Assembly (NCBI GenBank): GCA_048938445.1
Contig: JBHLME010000077.1
Location: 1 to 21,440, forward strand
Direction of reading: 5' to 3'
Source: Promethearchaeota archaeon
GTDB taxonomy: Archaea; Asgardarchaeota; Lokiarchaeia; Sigyniarchaeales; SOKP01
Length of the DNA stretch: 21,440 nucleotides
Of the stretch, positions 16,920 through 21,440 are shown in pieces. A program made the position numbers and the translations under genes. The notes beneath the pieces are model-generated. The model was not told the origin of the DNA. It saw nothing but the letters and a program-made list of their open reading frames with translations, and did not search any database. How positions within the stretch are numbered: position 1 is the first letter of the stretch; every line of letters begins with the position of its first letter.

Positions 16920-17633
16920 AGATCTTTGATTCTCATCAGGATTCGAATCAAAATATAAAAATGCTTGCATATCAATATATTTAATGTTCAATAAGATACC
17001 CTCTGCTTTTAGAACATTTTCTTGCCCATAAATCAACACGGCAGCATTAAATAATTGAACTCCCGTTTTTTGTAAAGAGTAAGGAATTTTTTCTTTAATT
17101 GAATAAAAATCTTTCAACCTAGGACCATAAATATCATCCCAAACCATGTAGAATAAAGTGACATTTTCTTTTTCTCCATTCATTATTGACAAATCTGGAA
17201 TGATCTCATATTTTTTTAATAATTCAGAAATTTTAGCATTTATTGAATTGATATTATTACTCCTGTTAATTTTACCTTTTATACTTGCGATTAAATCATC
17301 CTCTATTATGGGTTTGGTGAGATAATCGTCAGCACCCAACATTTTACCAAAGCGAACATCCTCTATAGATGATTTTGCGGATAAGAATAAAAAGGGGATT
17401 TCAGCCCATCTGGGATCACTTGAAATTTGTTTAAAGAACTCGAAACCATTCATTTTAGGCATCATTATATCACTTATAATTATATTAGGACTAGTTTCGA
17501 GATTTACTAACAACTTAATTGCATGTTCTCCACTTTTTGCCGTTATTACTTCATATTCAAAATTCTCTAAAGTCAATTTTAAATTAAATAAAATATCTTC
17601 ATTATCATCCACGACAAGTATTAAGGGCTTCAC
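16746..17633 (-). CDS. Response regulator: REC domain plus C-terminal uDENN/longin-like domain
   Basis: Intact REC: D9-D10, phospho-acceptor D55 (ISDIMMP), S85, K107-P108. C-terminal aa ~157-295 carry FYMVWDDIYGPRL and DENQRSGQKQYMLAVI in an apparent bb-a-bbb-aa order. The REC call is near certain; the longin call is moderate. Confidence 0.85.
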   Translation of the reverse strand: MKPLILVVDDNEDILFNLKLTLENFEYEVITAKSGEHAIKLLVNLETSPNIIISDIMMPKMNGFEFFKQISSDPRWAEIPFLFLSAKSSIEDVRFGKMLGADDYLTKPIIEDDLIASIKGKINRSNNINSINAKISELLKKYEIIPDLSIMNGEKENVTLFYMVWDDIYGPRLKDFYSIKEKIPYSLQKTGVQLFNAAVLIYGQENVLKAEGILLNIKYIDMQAFLYFDSNPDENQRSGQKQYMLAVIAPKINYFKSLQIKEVLQEAFLMISESNEWSIKEYTEKISKILNAKLF

Positions 17634-17687
17634 TTTTTATAAAATCCTTTTATTTTGATATTATATATATTAATTATAGTTTTAAGT

Positions 17688-20600
17688 TTACGATCGCAAC
17701 TTTCTTGGAAGGAAAAATGAAAATGTAGAACCTTTTCCGAATTCACTATCTACAAAAATTTCTCCTTCGTGCAAATCTACTAAACTTTTTGCAATAGCTA
17801 ATCCTAAACCCGTTCCAGGAATGTCAATTACATCTTCTGTTCTAAAGAACCTTTCAAATAGCAGAGGTATATCTTTTTCGCGTATGCCTATTCCTTCATC
17901 TATAATTTGGAACAAAACTCCCTCAGTATTATCATTATTGTATTTTCCCCTATAATTATCTTTAGCTTGAATTTTAATTATTGTATTTTCTTTTGAATAT
18001 TTTATCGCATTATCAATGAAAATTCGAAAAACTTGATCAATTCTCTTCAAATCACCATAAAGAGTGATATTTTTTCCGATTTTAGTTTCAATTGTCAAAT
18101 TTTTATTTTTTATACTTTTTTGCATCATTTCCAAATTTTCTTGTACAAGTTGTGATGGATTATATTGTTTCCACTCTATTTGTAGTTTCTTCTCATCAAT
18201 TTGAGAGATCAATAATATATCTTCTACTAAATCATTAAGAAGTAATATATTGCGCGATATTCCTTCAATTAATCGATTTTCAATTTCGGGAGTAATATTT
18301 TTGTTTGATTTCTTTAAATATTCGATTGACATCATTAAAACCGTGATGGGGGTGCGAAGTTCATGAGATACAGTAGAAACAAATTTTTCTAACTTCTGTT
18401 CTGCTTTTTTTCTTTCAGTCTCATCAGTTATAAAGGCCATTGCTCCCTCGTATTGACCATTTTTATCAAAAATAGGAGTTGTTCTAATCATAGTATGGAC
18501 TTTTCTTCCTGATTTGTGGAGAAATTCAAATTCATGCTCTTCGCCGATTCCTTTCTTTCGATCTTCAATTTTTTCTTTTGTAATATCAAAATATTCATCA
18601 TCCATGAATTCAAACAGTGTTCTACCCATCATTTCTTCCACTTTATATCCTAACATTCTTGCCATACTTGGATTAACCAGTGAACTTTTTCCTTCTGAGT
18701 CAATTACCCATACCCCTTCAAGTGAATCTTCAATTAATGAACGATATTTCTCTTCAGATTCTTTCAATCTTTTTTCAGCTAATCTGATATTTGTGATATC
18801 ATGAAAGATTCCTTGTATGAGGGGGATTCCACCTATTTCAATATTTGAGGCATTTATTAGAACAGGAATAATCTTACCCGATTTAGTTATTACTTCACCC
18901 TCATCTACAACACCTTCTCCCTCTTCTACATGTTTTTTAAACATTTCTTTATGATATTGCACTCTTTCAGGGGGATGTAATTCCTTCTGATGCCTTCCAA
19001 TTATTTCATCCTTTGTACACTCTAAAAGTAATTCGGCTTGACGATTACAATTAATAATTTTTCCATTTGTCGGATCTGCCCAAAATATTGCATCTGGAGC
19101 ATTTTCAAAAGTGAGTCGAAATTTTTGCTCAGATTCTTTTAATTTTTTTTCAGCTAATTTACTTTCAGTTATATCACGTGAAATTGTGGAAATGCCAATA
19201 ATATTGTTTTCCTCATCCCTAATTGGAGATAATGCTAAAGAGACGGAAAGTCTGTTACCACCTTTAGTTACACGTATAGTTTCAAAATTTGCGATCTTTT
19301 CCCCATTTTTTACTATTTCCATTATATCTTGTAATTCAGGATATAATTCAACAGGAATAATCATTTCTATAGAGCATCCAATTGCTTCTTCTTTGGAATA
19401 CCCATACATTAATTCAGCACTCTTATTCCAGCTAGTGATGATTCCATCTAAAGTTTTTCCGATGATTGCATCGCTAGAAGAATCCACAATAGAAGCGAGT
19501 TGATTAGAAATAATTTCAGTTATTTTGCGCTCTGAGATATCAATATAGTTCTGTATGATACCAAAAAACTCACCAGAAGGAGTTTTATATGGAACGGAAT
19601 TTACTAATAATGTTAATACTTTACCATCTTTTTTCTTTAATTCAATTTCATATTCAACCATTTTTTTATTTTCTTGAATTATTTGATTCATACAACATAT
19701 ATTTGTATGGCAATATTCATGAAACATCACGTCATAGCACTTTTTTCCAATGATTTCTTCTGGTTCAACCTGAAAAAGTTGACAAAAAGTATCGTTGACT
19801 TTAACAATATCATGTTTCTCATTTATTATACGTAAAGCTAGAGATGCATCAAAAATTTGTTCAGTTTCTGAGTATGCTAATTCTAAATCCGATGCTTTTT
19901 TTTTGAGAGCTAATTCACTCTGTTTTAATTTTCTAAACATTAATTTGAAAGGTTTTTCAATACCGATTTCTATAATTGCCTTATAGGCGATAAAGAAAGC
20001 AAGGACCTTAAAAATGTGTCCAATTAAATTTTGAATATCAAATACACCAATGTATAAGGTAAACATTAATTCTGAAGCAATGGTAAAAATAATAGATAAA
20101 ATCATCAACCAAAATATAGTTAAATCAAAATTTTTCTTTAATTTAAACATTAGAAAAACAGAAACCAAAAGTATCCCATTGATGATATATTCACTGAATA
20201 TTTTAAATGGAGTTAATCCTGGAATAGGAGAATCAACATAACATTTTGGAAATAATCCTGAAAAAATTAAAAAAAGTAATATAATAGTAATTACCAAATA
20301 AATTACAAGGATTAAATTATGATTAATTTTTTTGTTAATAAAAAATAATGCAACCACAAGCGAAATTGCTTGGAGGTATCTTGCAGCGATCCAAAGAGAA
20401 GCTGGTAGATTATTCCCAAACTCAGGAAAAACACCCATCCCTGAATAAGCTAATGTATGAAGTATATCAATCACTCCAACATAAAGATATGAAACACCTA
20501 TAATGAAAAAAAATGAGCTTTCCGTATATTTACGAGATGTCCATCCAATAATGAAAATCCCCCCCGCTATAATAATGCTAAAAATTTCTGCTATTGAATG

Positions 20601-20747
20601 AAAGAGCAAGTAATTTTCATTTCCACGGCTTTGGTCAATGTATCTTAATAATACAATAAGTAAAATACAAATAATTATAATAAAATAATCAAAATAACGA
20701 GAGATAAACTTTTTAATGCTTAATCTTTTTTTATATTCTTTAAGCAT
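17688..20747 (-). CDS. Sensor histidine kinase: MASE3 membrane domain, four PAS domains, HisKA and HATPase_c
   Basis: MASE3 signature YLLFHSIAEIFSI and DILHTLAY.GM; four PAS/PAC repeats; H-box VSHELRTP; N-box DNAIKYS; G1 DEGIGI; F-box FERFFR; G2 GTGLGL. Confidence 0.93.
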   Translation of the reverse strand: MLKEYKKRLSIKKFISRYFDYFIIIICILLIVLLRYIDQSRGNENYLLFHSIAEIFSIIIAGGIFIIGWTSRKYTESSFFFIIGVSYLYVGVIDILHTLAYSGMGVFPEFGNNLPASLWIAARYLQAISLVVALFFINKKINHNLILVIYLVITIILLFLIFSGLFPKCYVDSPIPGLTPFKIFSEYIINGILLVSVFLMFKLKKNFDLTIFWLMILSIIFTIASELMFTLYIGVFDIQNLIGHIFKVLAFFIAYKAIIEIGIEKPFKLMFRKLKQSELALKKKASDLELAYSETEQIFDASLALRIINEKHDIVKVNDTFCQLFQVEPEEIIGKKCYDVMFHEYCHTNICCMNQIIQENKKMVEYEIELKKKDGKVLTLLVNSVPYKTPSGEFFGIIQNYIDISERKITEIISNQLASIVDSSSDAIIGKTLDGIITSWNKSAELMYGYSKEEAIGCSIEMIIPVELYPELQDIMEIVKNGEKIANFETIRVTKGGNRLSVSLALSPIRDEENNIIGISTISRDITESKLAEKKLKESEQKFRLTFENAPDAIFWADPTNGKIINCNRQAELLLECTKDEIIGRHQKELHPPERVQYHKEMFKKHVEEGEGVVDEGEVITKSGKIIPVLINASNIEIGGIPLIQGIFHDITNIRLAEKRLKESEEKYRSLIEDSLEGVWVIDSEGKSSLVNPSMARMLGYKVEEMMGRTLFEFMDDEYFDITKEKIEDRKKGIGEEHEFEFLHKSGRKVHTMIRTTPIFDKNGQYEGAMAFITDETERKKAEQKLEKFVSTVSHELRTPITVLMMSIEYLKKSNKNITPEIENRLIEGISRNILLLNDLVEDILLISQIDEKKLQIEWKQYNPSQLVQENLEMMQKSIKNKNLTIETKIGKNITLYGDLKRIDQVFRIFIDNAIKYSKENTIIKIQAKDNYRGKYNNDNTEGVLFQIIDEGIGIREKDIPLLFERFFRTEDVIDIPGTGLGLAIAKSLVDLHEGEIFVDSEFGKGSTFSFFLPRKLRS

Positions 20748-20785
20748 AATATCTTCTATAAGAAGAATTAATTTAAATTATATGT

Positions 20786-21337
20786 TCAAAGAAGACTAGT
20801 TTTTTCAAAAACTGTATAAATTGAGGTTTTATGGATGGAGTAGCTTAGATTCGGAGGGAACAAACCCTTTATTTTTTCTAAAAGTTCTTTTAAAGTTTGT
20901 TTATTTATATTTTTTGAAAGTTGCTCAAGGTCGGGATCAAATTTATGCAAAAATACTGAAAACTCAATAACATTCTCATTGTCTACAGGCAATGAATTGA
21001 TTATTTTTTTTAAATAACTAACAGCAAGTTTATATCTTTTCTCATCTTGCACGTCAATTACGTAAATAAATTTATTTGTATCTCTAATATAACTATCAAA
21101 TTTCTCTAAATGATCATCTCGATATGCTTCTTGACCACCAAAATCTAAAATTACATATTCTGATCCTAATGCATGAAATGATATTGTATTATAAACCTTG
21201 GTTGGTTTTGATGAGGTAAAAGCAGTAAGATTCTTTATACCTTGTAAACTTTGAACTATACAAGTTTTACCAGCTTGATCTAATCCCATGATGAGAATTT
21301 TTTTTTTTGCAGAAGTATTATTTAATTCTTCTTTCAT
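20786..21337 (-). CDS. Small GTPase, Rag/Gtr-Arf-like, G domain only
   Basis: G1 GLDQAGKT, G2 PT, G3 DFGGQE, G4 HKFD, G5 TSIY. Confidence 0.92.
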   Translation of the reverse strand: MKEELNNTSAKKKILIMGLDQAGKTCIVQSLQGIKNLTAFTSSKPTKVYNTISFHALGSEYVILDFGGQEAYRDDHLEKFDSYIRDTNKFIYVIDVQDEKRYKLAVSYLKKIINSLPVDNENVIEFSVFLHKFDPDLEQLSKNINKQTLKELLEKIKGLFPPNLSYSIHKTSIYTVFEKTSLL

Positions 21338-21440
21338 ATGTATGATAACTCGGGTTAAGTATATTTTAAATTAATGTGTCATAAACATCCAAATCTCTTA
21401 AGTCTTTAACTTTTTGATTATTTATTTTTGCTACATAAGA

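Noticed and set aside
15019-20241. Short plus-strand ORFs opposite Lrp-3, the V4R-like gene and the histidine kinase
   Set aside because: Antisense shadows of motif-rich minus-strand genes.
1-21440. CRISPR array, transposase/IS, rRNA
   Set aside because: No regularly spaced repeats, transposase or integrase motifs, or rRNA-like GC-rich segments were seen.

Overview
This is an AT-rich archaeal window. Gene content points to an Asgard (Lokiarchaeia-like) genome, which is an inference from the BHB-intron tRNA, Rag/Arf-like GTPase, longin domain and Lrp paralogs. Left to right it holds two membrane-anchored left-handed beta-helix acyltransferase-like genes, an orphan with a possible PD-(D/E)xK nuclease domain, a tRNA-Cys(GCA) split by two non-canonical introns directly upstream of cysS, and two paralogous cobalamin-dependent radical SAM genes flanking a 2TM protein and a PadR-zinc-ribbon regulator. 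Next come sfsA, a ferredoxin, a ~7-TM protein, and a VIT1/CCC1 transporter with three Cys-bearing Lrp/AsnC paralogs and an Fe-S protein. The window ends with a minus-strand cluster: small GTPase, MASE3/4xPAS histidine kinase, response regulator, V4R-like protein. Top candidate for a new system: the response regulator's output domain looks like a FLCN/SMCR8/C9orf72-type uDENN/longin domain with an Arg where those GAPs carry their arginine finger. That suggests a two-component phosphorelay controlling a GAP for the co-encoded GTPase. Second highlight: a tRNA intron at 10/11 with an upstream duplicate of the acceptor strand that could act as a splicing switch. All calls come from manual motif reading; no searches were run.
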